Under the pieces are notes generated by a model, which was not told the origin of the DNA, made no database searches, and was given only the letters and a program-made list of their open reading frames with translations. Shown here piece after piece: positions 46,810-60,200 of a DNA stretch of 64,000 bases. Every line of letters starts with the position of its first letter. Position 1 is the first letter of the stretch. Source of the stretch: Laetmonice hystrix (lineage: Eukaryota); the NCBI GenBank assembly GCA_965235115.1, contig OZ249436.1, positions 52,516,001 to 52,580,000 of the forward strand. The letters run 5' to 3'. The position numbers and the translations under genes were made by a program.

Positions 46810-49800
46810 AGGGCGCGGTCCACTGTCCCGATCGTGCCCGATCGGATCGGCACCGATCACTGCAAGGATCGGCCCCCAAATCGTACCCGATTACTTGAAA
46901 CCGATCCTAACGTCCACTGTCCCGAGTGATCGGTACCGATTGAAATCGACCCCGGTTGAAATCGGTACCAATCCAGGGGGCGGATCCAGCTTTTTTAAGT
47001 AGGGGGGCCCAACGTTTCTAGGGGCGCCACAGGCGTGACTGTATACGAGCGCCGAAGGCACGAAGTCCGCAAGCACCCAAGGCGCGAAGCCTTGCTAGGG
47101 GGGTCCGAGGACATGCTCCCCGAAAAATTTTGAAATTCAAGGTGTAATTTGGTGAAATCCGGTGCATTTTGGAGCACAAAATAAGCTTTTCAATGACCGA
47201 TGTCAAAAGTCTGAAGTAGGCATCAGCTGGCGGATCCAGGATTTGGTTAAGGGGGCGCAAATTTTGTTAAGGGGGGGGTGCAAAAATTCAATCACAGACA
47301 ATTTCATTATGCATATATTCATTTCCTCCAATAAAACGGTAACTCACATCAACACTGCATGGGGGAGGGGGGGGGTCCTGGCCCGGGCCCCTGGGCCCCC
47401 CTAAATTTTCCTCTTTTTTGGAGGGGATCAAGATGCCCCTGACACCAGCATTCCAACAACATTATTTTAAGAAGCCTCCTGTACCTGATAGTAGGCTAAC
47501 ATCGGGCCCCCGAAAAAGGGCCTCGAGCCTCAAGTCCAACAGCCTTGTCTCTAGGTATGAAAAAAAAATTCAGGTCTTTTTTATCTTGCGACGGACAGAA
47601 GGGGGTGCGCCCCTGCGCCCCCTTGGCGCGCCCCTGCGCCCGCCACTGCATGGGCCTACAATGCTGTCGCCTATTTTAGAGTTTGCTGCATGTGGGTGTG
47701 GCGTCCGAATTCCTGATCGGCAGGAGAGGCGCCATGATCGGCAGGAGGGGCGCCATGAAATTTTAGGGGGGGGGGCGGACCCCATGTGACCCCCCTGGAT
47801 CCGCCAGTGTGATCCATGGGAGATCCAGGAATGTTTTAGGGGGGCTAACCATCGGGCAAAAACATAAAAAAGCCAGTAAAGTCCTAAAAATATATGGTAA
47901 ATATGATCATAGTTCACTGGGGGATCCATGGGGTCCGTTCCACTAAGCCCCAAAGACGTCTTTGAGATGGTCGCTGAGCTGCGGCGACGGGTGTTCCACT
48001 AAGCTCCTATTCTTTAACATTGGGCCCGCAAAGACGTCTTTCCAAAGACGTCTTTGCTAAAGACGTCTTTCGTTAGTGGAACGGACCCCAGGGGTGTCAA
48101 GGGGCCCGGCCCCCCTTAAATTTTCCTTTCCCTTCCCTTTTTTTATGAAGATGCATTATTCGGACCCTGAAACCAGGATTACAACAAAATGCTTTTAAAA
48201 AAGCCTCCTATTATAGTGTACCTGATAGTAACATCGGGCCCAAAAGGGCCTCCTCAGTCGTCCAGCAGCAAGATAACTCAGGGCCATGCAACGACCTGTC
48301 TGCAACGACCTGTCTGCACCGATCACGTGATCACCTGACCTGACTTTGAGTTTGACTTGGACCTATAGATCTAGATCTACGTCATTTGGTTGGTCTCTCC
48401 CCCCCCCCTGCGCCGACGACACCCACCACCTCCTCTGAGTCTGAATTTCGCACCTATTTCTCTTTCACCCCCACCTGCCCTACAGTCCAAGATCTTCCTA
48501 ACTTCAGTTATTTTGTGCTCCAAAATGCACCAGATGTCACCAAAATACACCTTAAATTCCAAAAATGTCTGGGGCCCATGACCTTGGACCTGCCTAGGCC
48601 TATGCTTTGTGCCTGCGGGGCTTGTGCGCTTCGCGCCTATAGCTATGCATGGCGCTGGGGGACTGTAATGAGGGGTGGGGGGCGGGTGTCCCCTGCATTC
48701 CTGTTTCCTAAATATTGACAGCCAAAGCCATAGCTACCCCCCCCCCCCCGGGCCCCCCGCCCCGAAAATTGTCATAGTAGGCCTAATTTGACTGCAAACT
48801 GGCTGGGATCGTCGGTGGTATCATCGAAAGTGACCCAGCAGGCTTTTCATTTCTATCAGAAAAGTGGTCTCCAGATGCCGGGAAATAGGGGGGGGGGGGT
48901 TGCCTTCCATATTAATTTTGGGAGGGAGGGCCCCCGGACTCCAAGCCGCAGGAACGGCTCACACCTTTGGCGCTCGCAGAATTTTATCTTACCTTTATCT
49001 CTGCAGCCCCCTTTCGCAAATGCCTGGATCAGCCCCCCTCCCCAATATCTTGTTCATTACATAAATATGCAGAGTATTCGAAATCCTATGCAGGGACGGA
49101 TCCAGGTTGGCGCCAAATTGGGGGGTGGGGGGTTGTGACTGCCAAGAAGGGGTGTAGACTCTATGCTTTGTTTGAACGTTACGTCATTGGGGGGGGGGCT
49201 TGCAACCCCTTCACCATCCACTGATTCTCATATAAATACATAAGATAAATGCTGCTTGCATGTTCTATTACGTGCAAAAAACGTCTTCAACAGATTTTTA
49301 TCTGGCGCACTGCCACAGGCGGATTTAGCGGGAGGGGGTGGCAGCACGCTCCCCTGTTCACTAAAAAAAACTTTTTTTAGCAATAGGCCCTTGGCCTAAC
49401 TAAGATAACACCTTGCATTTCGTTCTCAGATGCCAGGGAAACACGGCACTTTAATTTTCTTTTTTTTCAGACCCCTCTCCCCCACTCAAGGCTTCGCGTC
49501 TTCGGCGCCCGCATCGGGGGGGGGGGGGGCTTCCCCAAATTCCTGAATCCGCCCCTGACTGCCCTACTCAGAACGTTCGAAGCTGGGTAGGCTATGATTC
49601 AGCCTTGATCATCACGGCCCTCTGCAGGCATACACCGCGAAGAGGGCTTTGGTTTGCGAACCTCTTGCTCCCTCCCTTCCCCATTGTTTTGGCGACGTTG
49701 GTAAGCACCTTTATTGCCCAAACCGATGGCAAAAATATCCCTTCTTTTCCATAATGCGGCAGTGGCGGATCCGGGGGCGGGGGGGGGGGGGGGTGGGGTG

Positions 49801-50269
49801 TCGGCGATGTCCGGACCCCCCCCCCCCTCAAATTTGCCAAATTAATTTTTTTTTATAACCAAAATGCCTTTTGTTTTTACAACGGACCCCCCCCCCCTCG
49901 ATTTGCCCTTTTTATGCTGGACCCCTAGGAACCCCCCCCCCGAATATAGACCCTAGATCCGCCCCTGAATACGCCCCCCCCCCCCCCCCCAAAAAAAAAT
50001 CATTTCTCCGGCCTGCCGTACGTCAGACCACTGAGCCATCTAGCGGTGGTTGTAGATACCATCGATCGGGCCCGATTGCAGAATCGGTCCCGACCACATT
50101 AAACCGTGTTAAAGCGATCGGGCCTGTGAAATCATCGGATCCGATCATCTTACATCGGGAACGATCCTTACGTCCACTATAACGATCGATCGGGGGTCAC
50201 AAACGATCGCCCCCGATCAGATCGTAGGTCGAGATCGGGCCCGATGATCGGGACAGTGGACCGCGCCCT
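46810..50269. mobile_element. Harbinger-type MITE filled with several nested GC-rich MITEs
   Basis: 24-bp TIR agggcgcggtccactgtcccgatc / gatcgggacagtggaccgcgccct; flanks TTA and GTA; many internal gcggatcc / ggatccgcc termini. Confidence 0.75.
47930..48089. mobile_element. Small MITE
   Basis: TIR ggggtccgttccactaa / ttagtggaacggacccc; internal palindromic aaagacgtcttt repeated 4 times. Confidence 0.7.
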
Positions 50270-50854
50270 GTACGCGAGGCCACGTGCACTATGCACTCTT
50301 CCGATAGTATCTAACATTTTTGATCTGCTCGTAAGGGGGTCCGAGAGCGCTCTGGCACTCGTAAGACGTCTGAAGCCCTCGGAACACTCGTGAACTCTCG
50401 CAATGCGTGATTCACTTGAAATGCTTGCGTGTATTCCCGCTTTGGAATTTTTTCCTCGGAAGAACTCGTAAGACCGCGCAAGGGGTGAATCGGAAGCATC
50501 GCAGACGCAAGTGGATCACGTCCATTACATTATTGTCTGACGATTTCGTCACGGCGTAAGCAATAGGTGCGACCTATGGCTCCAGCATTTCATTTTTTGG
50601 CATTTGATGTTTGATTCGTTGCCACGTCGAGAGATTTTGACGTTTATGCTTGAAATTTTTACCACAAAATACTATTAACCATGTAATATCATGCGCTAAA
50701 CATCATTGGCAAACTGTGCAAATTGTAGAAGCTATATTCAAGTAAAGAGTGTTTCAGTTGTTTTCTGGCCCACCCGATATACTTGTGTCTTTCTCCGGGG
50801 ATCAGACAAGGCGTAAGAATCCTAATCACTCATTCAGTACGACGCCGATGTAGT

Positions 50855-51092
50855 GGATGGGTATTTGGGGGTTTACGCCTTGTAACAGCCAGGGTCATAT
50901 CACGGCGGTGAAGGGGACAATGAAAGTCAGGTCTTGGTGGAGGAAACTGGAGTACTCGGAGGAAACTACCGACCTTCGGGAAGGAACTTACGCATGCAGC
51001 CCAGGCCGGGGATCGAACCCGGATCGCAGTGGTGTGAGGCGATGGTGCTAGGTGTCATGAGCCAACACCTTAGACCACTCGGTCACCCGAGG
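50855..51092 (-). mobile_element. tRNA-derived SINE with V-domain-like core
   Basis: On the - strand: A-box tgaccgagtgg, B-box ggttcgatccc, core ggtagtttcctccgagtactccagtttcctccacc. Confidence 0.75.
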
Positions 51093-54000
51093 ACATATAT
51101 AATAACCACATGTAGGTATATCAAATGTCCTGGAGACAATGGAAGCATTCTGTGTGGTGTTTTGGCTTGGTTCGCTGTCGTTGCTCACCGCACCGCTTAC
51201 AAAGGGACGTTTCGCGGGGGGGGGGGGGGGGGGGCAGAAAGCGTCAAATGTACGCAGACATCATTATGGCTATTCACTTGTAAGAACCAAGCAAATCTTC
51301 ATGGCAATCATTCTATGAAAATATTTTGCGATTAGATTTCTAATTTCTCGTATAAATGAATGGTATTAAAAAGGTTGTAAGCAAATTTGTTTACAATATT
51401 CATTTGTGAGCATCATGTTGTCAATATACCAATGTCTGTGTATTTGGGGGAAAGGGCCGCTCCCCATTGATCATGGAGATGACCGTCATTGCAGAGAATG
51501 CGTGAAGTCACCAAGACCCACCCAACCACTGTCGTTTTATGCGTTAACTGCTTTATGTGTTTTATGCGTTAACTGCGGTCGCCGTATCGGCCCCTTATAG
51601 CCACCTTTTAGTATGTAGTGCCACCACGTTTTGCCCATGGGGTGACTGAGCACGTGAAAGTCGACTCTATTTTCAGCTTCACCAGATTTATACCTGTTGA
51701 AACGTGTGCAACACGTGTGTTCTTTGCTAGAATGGTTCCTCAGGGCATGATATAGGACTGTCAGTCACTACGTATAATATCTTATACATTTGTGTACATA
51801 GACCTATATGGTACCGCCTATGTATACGATCCAACACTCGACAGAGTTGCCACCCATTTTGTTTCTGTTTCGTCCCGCCACCCAAACTATCTGGCTCATG
51901 TCGGGGAATGGTCCTGACGTCACGGGTAAGAACAAATATATATTATCGCTCGGGTGTGATCAGGTCCAGCCCATAGCGTTATGGAAGGGAAGTGCCTACG
52001 CCCGGACTATTTGTCCTAACTATTTGAGACATGGTCAGTAACCATGCGCCGTCACTGTTCTCTACTGCCAACTCCGTCTGCCAACGTGTAGCCTAACTGA
52101 TGGTTCACCACTCAACACATTACCGAGATAGGTTAAGTTGTTTGGCTAGCTGTGATTACGTCCACATCAGTCACGGGGTTAGCTGCCGTGTCACGCGCAG
52201 GCACCTGCTATCTTTGGCACTGCAGACGCGCGGAGGAACCAGTGAGAGCGAACGTAACAGGCAAGCTGCCTACGTGTACGGCATGTACTTGTCATTAATG
52301 AAGTCATAATTCATGGCCTTGGACAAATTACAAACAGAAACATTCCTCCCATGCATGGCGGGGAAAAAAAGCAAACACGACTCCAAATATTGACAAAATG
52401 CGAACGTGGCTTTCCAGGCTGTCAAGTGCTGGTAGTAATGTTGCCCAGCTACCGGCGTCAATATGAGGGCACTGAGAATACCTGGCTACAGGTTGTGCAG
52501 GTAAACGGTACAGGTGGTAAAGTTTGGAATAAAGACGGTCATCAAGCCTAGCTATATAGCTGAACCCTATCATACTAAGCTCTGTCGCCTTTGCGCTATC
52601 AAGCACGCGGTAGTATAGAGGCACAGTCATGTCGTATAGAGAGATCATACACGATGTTTTGGTGAATTGGTTGTATTTACTTCGTGACGTAATGTAGGCC
52701 TACAGATCTTAACCAAGACCAGCGATGAAAGCACCATCTGCTGGTTGGCCCACAACGATACACGTAATGTTGTTACAGATACAGGTCCTATATTCCAATG
52801 CGTCTATAAAAACATTTAAAAAACTACTTCATTACACATTGTAAACAGAAATGTAAAATTGAATTGTATATTGTTTGTTTACTCTAAAAACACCAGCGGA
52901 TATAATTTAGAGAATCGTTAAGAGGGCTGAGCATTTTGAAAAAAAAAAAACATGAAGGGCAGTAGAACTATAGCATTGGGATCAAGCGCCGCATCATTGT
53001 TGGTTGGTGGCGCCATGGAATGCATGGACAGTTCCTCTACGGCCTATGATGTAATTCATATTATTATATTATATTACATGTATTATATGAGTGGCCACTC
53101 CACTTTCGGTGTCGTGCCGTATTCATGCGCCAGGCATCTCGTTCCATACTTTCCCCCAGTGAAGGACCATCATCCCGTTACGTGGTTTTATAAGGAGGCC
53201 CATCTTGATTGCCCTGAATAGAAAATATACTGATGCTATAGGCCAGTATGAGCCAATAACCTGATTATGAATGATGTGTGAAAATGAGCCAGCTACCCAA
53301 GAATTAGTTTGTTGTTAATCCTCATATATAATCAGCCATCCATATAGTCTTGTGTAAATGAGGTTCCATTACTACCTGTCTGCAGCCAAACTGGACCCAT
53401 CCACTGTTCGTGGGGAATTTACCTCGGATTGTGGTCGTAAACAAACGGGCTGGGGGGGGGGGCGCTTCCTGGAGCCGGGGTAACATTCCGGGCAATGGGC
53501 GCCAACAGGACGCCCATAGGACGCCTGAACGACGGACGCCCTCAATCAGCCCACCGGTAGCTTACAACGCCAGCAAATGGACCCCCACTCGACGAGACCA
53601 ATTTACGCTGAGATTCCCCGTCCTCAATGGGGATGCTTAGGAGGCGGGTGAATTATGACTAAACTTGACCAAACGGGTCATAAATAGGTGGGCTGCTTCA
53701 TGGTCCGTTATTCACTGCTATTGCTGCCTTCTGTCGGTAGATGTCACCGAGCTAGCACAGATACTGCTATAAGGGCACTGCTTATATGACATGTCAAATA
53801 GATACAGTCCAGAGGTGGCCATTATACTAGTTGTTTGGTCACAAGACAGTTGCTTACCGCACCGCTTACAAAAGGGCATTTCGCTTACCGTTCGCGAGTA
53901 ATTTGTATTCTTTCTTTTTTTTTGGGGGGGGGGGGGGGGCATGCGATTGGATTTTTGGAGAAAGCTTCAAATGTACGCAGACATCATTATGGCTATTCAC

Positions 54001-55065
54001 TTGTAAGAACCAAGCAATCTTCATGGCAATCATTCTATGAAAATATTTTGCGATTAGATTTCCAATTTCTCGTATAAATGAATGGTATTAAAAAGGTTGT
54101 GAGCAAATTTGTTTACAATATTCATTTGTGAGCATAATGTCGTAAATATAGGGCCTACCCATGTCTGTAGGTATTGGGGGGGGGGCCCCCTCCCCATTGA
54201 TCATAACTGAGTGCGCAGCTATTTAAGTTGGGATAAATAGAGGTGCTCATTCATATTGACTATAGTATAGCCAATCCGTGATGATATGATCATCGTTCAA
54301 TTAGATTCATTAAAAAATACAAACCTTACCATTATACTCAAGCGGTTACCATCGATCTTGGCTAGATCCGACATTCGTGTCGTTAGGGCGTCATCGCTCT
54401 CAATGGTCCTACTCGACTCGGCACTTGTCGGCAAGTAACCGAATAGTCCACACGGAGTCACTACCTCACCCCGAACACCTGCATTCGAATACACGGCCGC
54501 ATGACTGATTTCACATAGATTCTTGCGGGCGTGACGTCACGACCATGTAACGAATCGAGCCCATGACCCGACTGAATCCATCTTGAGCCACTTGTCAGCA
54601 GCGCCAAATTAAGCGACCACTGACGTCACAAAAATCGCTCTCTTGAGTTCAATGGGGTGACCTGTCCCTAGGTTGGCATTGATCAATATCTACCTGAACC
54701 ATGGGGAGGGGTCGCATGCAGTTTGGTGGTCTGAACCTATTACTGTACGCTCCACCCCCACCCCGCGCTTCCCACCTCTCCCTGGTCATAACACGGCCCC
54801 TCACTGAAGGTCGAATCCCTTTCGTTCCTCTTGGGACAGAGTTCGTCAGATACTTTCAGCAAAATCGATGGCTTTCCGGGCTACTCTGGTTTCCATATTG
54901 CGGAGCTTTTGCCGAGGCTTAAAATTCCAACTTTCGCCCGCAGAGGATGGTTTGATGGTTGGTACCAGTTGGAAATGTGAGCTGTCGACGGGGAAGGTAG
55001 TTTGGTAGAAAGTCCCTCGGACTTCCGAAAGATCGCCTCAGAAAAGTAGAAGAAGTATAACCCTT

Positions 55066-55258
55066 GATCTGTGTTAGGGGGAACCCCTCTGATACGGCAG
55101 GGGGAACCCCTCTGATACGGCTTCCTCGACTGCCTTCCCGAAGTCTGTCAGATCTGTGTTAGGGGGAACCCCTCTGATACGGCTTCCTTGACTGCCTTCC
55201 CGAAGTCTGTCAGATCTGTATTAGGGGGAACCCCTCTGGTACGGCTTCCTCGACTGCC
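55066..55258. repeat. Short tandem repeat, about 60-bp unit
   Basis: gatctgtgttagggggaacccctctgatacggcttcc repeated about 3 times. Confidence 0.85.
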
Positions 55259-58200
55259 AGACTCTGTATTCCAAATTATTTATAGGTATTTGCAACTCTT
55301 TCCTGCGTATATGCAAGAGCCCTTCCTTAAAATTGAATATCACCCATTACTACCTTATAATCTGCCTGAATCAACGTTTGGACTCCAATGGCATATTAAC
55401 TAAGTAGACACGGGTAATTGGTTGACTTGTCTTCACATATACGCAGCTGAGGCTTGAATGCATTCTAAGGCTCTAGTCTTGGTGGATGCCTGTCCCTGCT
55501 GATAAAAGATATCATTTCTAAGACGTCACCCGTAGGTCTATGTAAGAGAGAGAGGGAAATTTCGAGAGGATGGATCTAAAACGTTTCCATTACCTGTCTC
55601 TGACAATGTTTCCTTCAGTTAATTGATAAATGCACTGTCGGATGCGGAATATTGCAAAATAATGGACGATTTTATTTTATTACAAACTGATGGACCCGGG
55701 CTCTAATGGCACGTTTAGAACTCTCTGGAAAAGGCAGTTAGCCTCAGCTATAGGTTTAGATCTAAGCTATGTGACAGGACGACAGTGCTCTCAGGACCTG
55801 TTGGAGATTATTGTCGACTACAGGTTTACAAATGTATACAAAGACAGCTGTTTCTGTTACTTGGTGGTGGTGGGGTAGGGTGAGGGTGGTGGTCTCTGTC
55901 GGCTGAATTAAGCCGCCTCACCAAGCTCTTTGTTGGTGTGGTCCCTGTCGCCGCGCCTAACTCCAGTACTCGAGTTCCCAACTGGGTTATCAAAGGTAGC
56001 TATGTGACACCGTGTTTCTGTGGTGTTGCACCTAAAAGAAACCTTGTCACTTATCAGAATGAGTAGGCCGGGGGCGTTGTCCTGGTGGGCAGGTTTCCCC
56101 CTTTCACATCTCAGCATCATCAGTCCGGACTGAATAACGGATAAAGATTTATTCTCAAAATGGCCGACAGTTGCCCACAGGGCGCAAAGCAACCGATCTC
56201 CACCACTTATTTCTTTTTTTACTAGTTCTGTTTGCTCTACTTCGTATCGACGCAACTGGCTTTATAATATCACTTACATGCAATCTTTTGACGAATGCTA
56301 AATTACACTACGAATGGCGACAAATAATCTACTCCTTTTTCTGAAGGTGCATAGCAAAGGAGAACATTTTGTTTAATCAATGAAAAACCTCAAAATAAGA
56401 CGTTTTAAGTAATACTTGAGCCTCTAGATTCTAGAAGCATGCTGCGCAAATAGTACGAAGAGGTAAAGCCATCAGCAGTGCAATCTGCGGGGGGGGGGGG
56501 GGGGGGGGGGGGTTAATGCTGAGGCATGCCGCATAAAATAACTCTACTGGTTAGATTGCAAGTATGCACTTTCAAGGTGATCCTGTGTCACGTGTTCGCC
56601 TTTCTTACCGTATAGTGTCTGACTTGGGTTCTGTCACGTGTGAAGATTCTTAATATTGCGAGACAAGCTAATGCATACGTAACGAAGACGCTGCGTTGTC
56701 ATTTGAGTACTTTGACTTTAAGTCGCTTCACATCCGTTGTCCTTTGATGGTGTCTTTTGAATTACTGTTCCCCGTACGATAATGCAAGCGTTTGAGATCA
56801 TTTAAATTTAGTTTTTTTGCAGTATTCATAAGAAGAATAAGATGTTAATGTGGATCAAATGTACCTGTATACATTCACATAATTTAGGAGGTCTTATCCC
56901 TAATATCCATGTTTTTTTCCGTGATATAGCTATTTATATTTGGGGATAATACTTCGCAGGTTTTCAAAAAAAAACTGAATCAGGCTATATGCTTCAAAAT
57001 TTGGTTTTCAACCAAACTGAATCAAGCTATATAACTCTCTACGACCTTAAAGGGATACGGTATTTTTAGAAGCCATAAAATCGACAGCGATACCATCTCC
57101 TAACTCTATCTCCGTGTCACCTAGCCATCTTGGCAAGGACAGCCACCGGGGAATCCCCATCGCATGCGCGCGCATCATGACGTGAGCAGTTCACACACTC
57201 ACTGACCCTCAGCCTCAGGAGCACCCCGGAACGTATGGCAAGGCTGACGCCGACGACCAGGTCACTCCGAGTCATACTAGGCTTCTCCCATCACCCATAA
57301 TGGAACAACACAAGTTAAATACTAGCTGAGTTAGGTATATATTTTAAAAACATAAATTAAACAGGTTAGACTAACTTGAAATAATGGTTATAATTGTGTA
57401 ATGCAAATTGAAAGAGAAAACCACTTGGAGATGATTTTTTAATCGGTCAAGGTGCAGCGCGCACACATCCCTCAAATGCCCGATGCCTTGTCCACTGAGC
57501 TTGCGGCCGTGCGATTTTCCTTGCGATGCGGCAGTCACAGAGCCTTAAATCGCACGGCCGCAAGCTCAGTGGACAAGGCACATCTACTCCGAAGGAAACC
57601 TACTTTTACAACGGAGGTTGAATCCGATGTTGTGATGTCTCTCCATGAAGAATGGGCCGTTTTCATGTGAGATTATAATAGTATCGAAATACACGACAAC
57701 CTCCATATTGTACATGTATAGCTTGAAAATCCGGTGACTGAAATTGAGGACGAGCCAGATGAAGGTGGCAAGTTGGCTTCGAACTGAATACAGCGTATTA
57801 AGTACCTGGACCTTATTCCCAAAGAACACGCAAGACTTATTTATTTAACATCCGGATACTAATAGTTTGCGGGCCCGCACGTCTTTCGTGTGCTTTGTGA
57901 ATAAGGTCCCTGATAATTATTCAATCATACTTGTAGATAGTGTATGTAAGAACTATAATTTGAAATCATTAGACCATTCTGAGACCGTGTACTGGTGTGA
58001 ATTTCTTTGCCCTCGAGTGAACCAGTCCACCAGTTGGCCTACACATTTTCTTGTGGACAACCGAACATCGCTGAGACGAAACGACAGAATGTTGTCTACC
58101 CAACCCAACAAAGTATCTGTATAGGTCGGTCCTGTAGGCCTATTTGTTTGTTCTAGGTGGTCGCTTTCTTTACATTTTCTCCTCCTCCCTCCTTTAAAGC

Positions 58201-58537
58201 AATCCTCGAGCGTATAAAGTGCAATCGGTGCCTCTCCTCCAGGTATAAGGCTTTGATTACATAAATCCATGTGTGGGAGCTCTTGGGTAGATCAAATACA
58301 CGTCGGATGGCCCGAGGACGGCGCTATAGCTTGACACCCATACAGGCACGCTGTAACGTTCCTTGTCCTTGGCCGTCGATCTCAATATCACTCTCCAGGG
58401 AGGTTAGGTTTACGCTTTCAATTGACGTTTGACGTCTCAGTTATCAACCATATACTGGCAACTTTGATTTTCCTATGCGTTCTGTAACAAACTTCAACCC
58501 TAGAATATTCAGACAGCATGATGACAGGCTACAAGAC

Positions 58538-59632
58538 ATGCAGGACATCAAACCGACAGGGCATTAGGCCGCCAAGACAAGAGGATAGGACATCAAACCA
58601 ACAGGGCATAAGGCCGCCAAGCCAAGAGAAGGACAGGACATCAAACCAACAGGGCATTATGCCGCCAAGACAAGAGGACAGGACATCAAACCAACAGGGC
58701 ATTAGGCCGCCAAAACAAGAGAAAGACAGGACATCTAACCAACAGGGCATTAGGCCGCCAAGACAAGAGGAAGACAGGACATCTAACCAACAGGGCATTA
58801 GGCCGCCAAGACAAGAGGATAGGACATCAAACCAACAGGGCATTAGGCCGCCAAGACAAGAGGATAGGACATCAAACCAACAGGGCATTATGCCGCCAAG
58901 ACAAGAGGATAGGACATCAAACCAACAGGGCATTATGCCGCCAAGACAAAAGAAAGACATGACATCAAACCAACAGGGCATTATGCCATCAAGACAAGAG
59001 GACAGGATCAAACAAACAGGGCATTAGGCCGCCAAGACAAGAGAAAGATAGGACATCAAACCAACAGGGCATTATTGCGCCAAGACAAGAGAAAGACAGG
59101 ACATCAAACCAACAGGGGAATAGGCCGCCAAGACAAGAGAAGGACTGGACATCAAACCAACAGGGCATTAGGCCGCCAAGCCAAGACAGGACATCAAACC
59201 AACAGGGCATTAGGCCGCCAAGCCAAGAGAAAGACAGGACATCAAACCAACAGGGCATTAGGCCGCCAAGACAAGAGAACAGGACCTCAAAACAGGGCAT
59301 TGGGCCGCCAAGACAAGAGAAGGACTGGACATCAAACAAACAGGGCATTAGGCCGCCAAGCCAAGAGAAGGACAGGACATCAAACAAACAGGGCATTAGG
59401 CCACCAAGACAAGAGGACAGGACATCAAACCAACAGGGCATTAGGCCGCCAAGACAAGAGAAGGACAGGACATCAAACCAACAGGGCATTAGGCCGCCAA
59501 GACAAGAGAAAGACAGGACATCAAACCAACAGGGCATTAGGCCGCCAAGACAAGAGGACAGGACATCAAACCAACAGGGCATTAGGCCGCCAAGACAAGA
59601 GGACAGGATCAAACAAACAGGGCATTATGCCG
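58538..59632. repeat. 51/54-bp minisatellite
   Basis: caggacatcaaaccaacagggcattaggccgccaagacaagag(aa)gga repeated about 21 times. Confidence 0.95.
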
Positions 59633-59879
59633 TCATCAGAACGACAGAACAAAACAATGGTTTCTTTGGACAAAGCCTTTCTTTAGTTTGACAATTCAGG
59701 AAATATTAATGTATATGAAACCAGAAAGTTTTTTTTTTTTATCTGAAAAAGGTTTTCTATCGAATGTGTCGAAAGGAAAGATAACCTCCTGAAGGGAACA
59801 AAAAGATCAACGTTAAACACGTTAAAAGGAAAAAGTCAAAGATTATGTTATTGTAAGAAAACCTAATCAGTTTCGTACG

Positions 59880-60200
59880 TGTCGAAATGCTGAATAATTC
59901 GATTCGATTCTTGAATCCCCTTGCTCAGGATTTGTTTCGGAGGTCGGGTGTTGATTCTATCTGCGAACAGTTCCAACAGGAACTCATTGGATGCATGCTC
60001 CTGTTGAATTTTCATTATTAGTTTGTGCAGCGTAGGATGGGTCACACCCACTCTTTGATCAGAATCCTTGTGGCAGCCTTCGATAGAGTTGTTGGTGGAC
60101 GTCAAATGCTCTTGGACTCGGTCGCATGCGTTCCAAAGTCCAATCCTGTTATCGGAGTGACGATGTTGGCCTTGTTTGCTAATGGTAATCCATGTATACT
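59880..60200 (-). pseudogene. MULE/MuDR transposase C-terminal fragment
   Basis: YTWI...LWN...TNNSIEGCH...VGVTHPTLHKLIMKIQQEH resembles the MULE TNN-x-x-EG-W-H / HP-x-x-W-K motif; no intact upstream domain seen. Confidence 0.7.

Larger units (their letters stand above)
28740..50524. mobile_element. Outermost foldback/Harbinger-like MITE, split by nested insertions (pieces at about 28740-28870, 44998-45125, 46754-46809, 50273-50524)
   Basis: 28740-28792 is the reverse complement of about 50296-50348 (ccttacgagcagatcaaaaatgttagat); right end followed by TTA; left terminus not found. Confidence 0.6.

Noticed and set aside
50855..51092. tRNA gene
   Set aside because: A/B boxes are present but spacing is extended and followed by a SINE core and tail; annotated as a SINE
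58518..59686. Repetitive ORFs on both strands
   Set aside because: Translation of a 51/54-bp minisatellite
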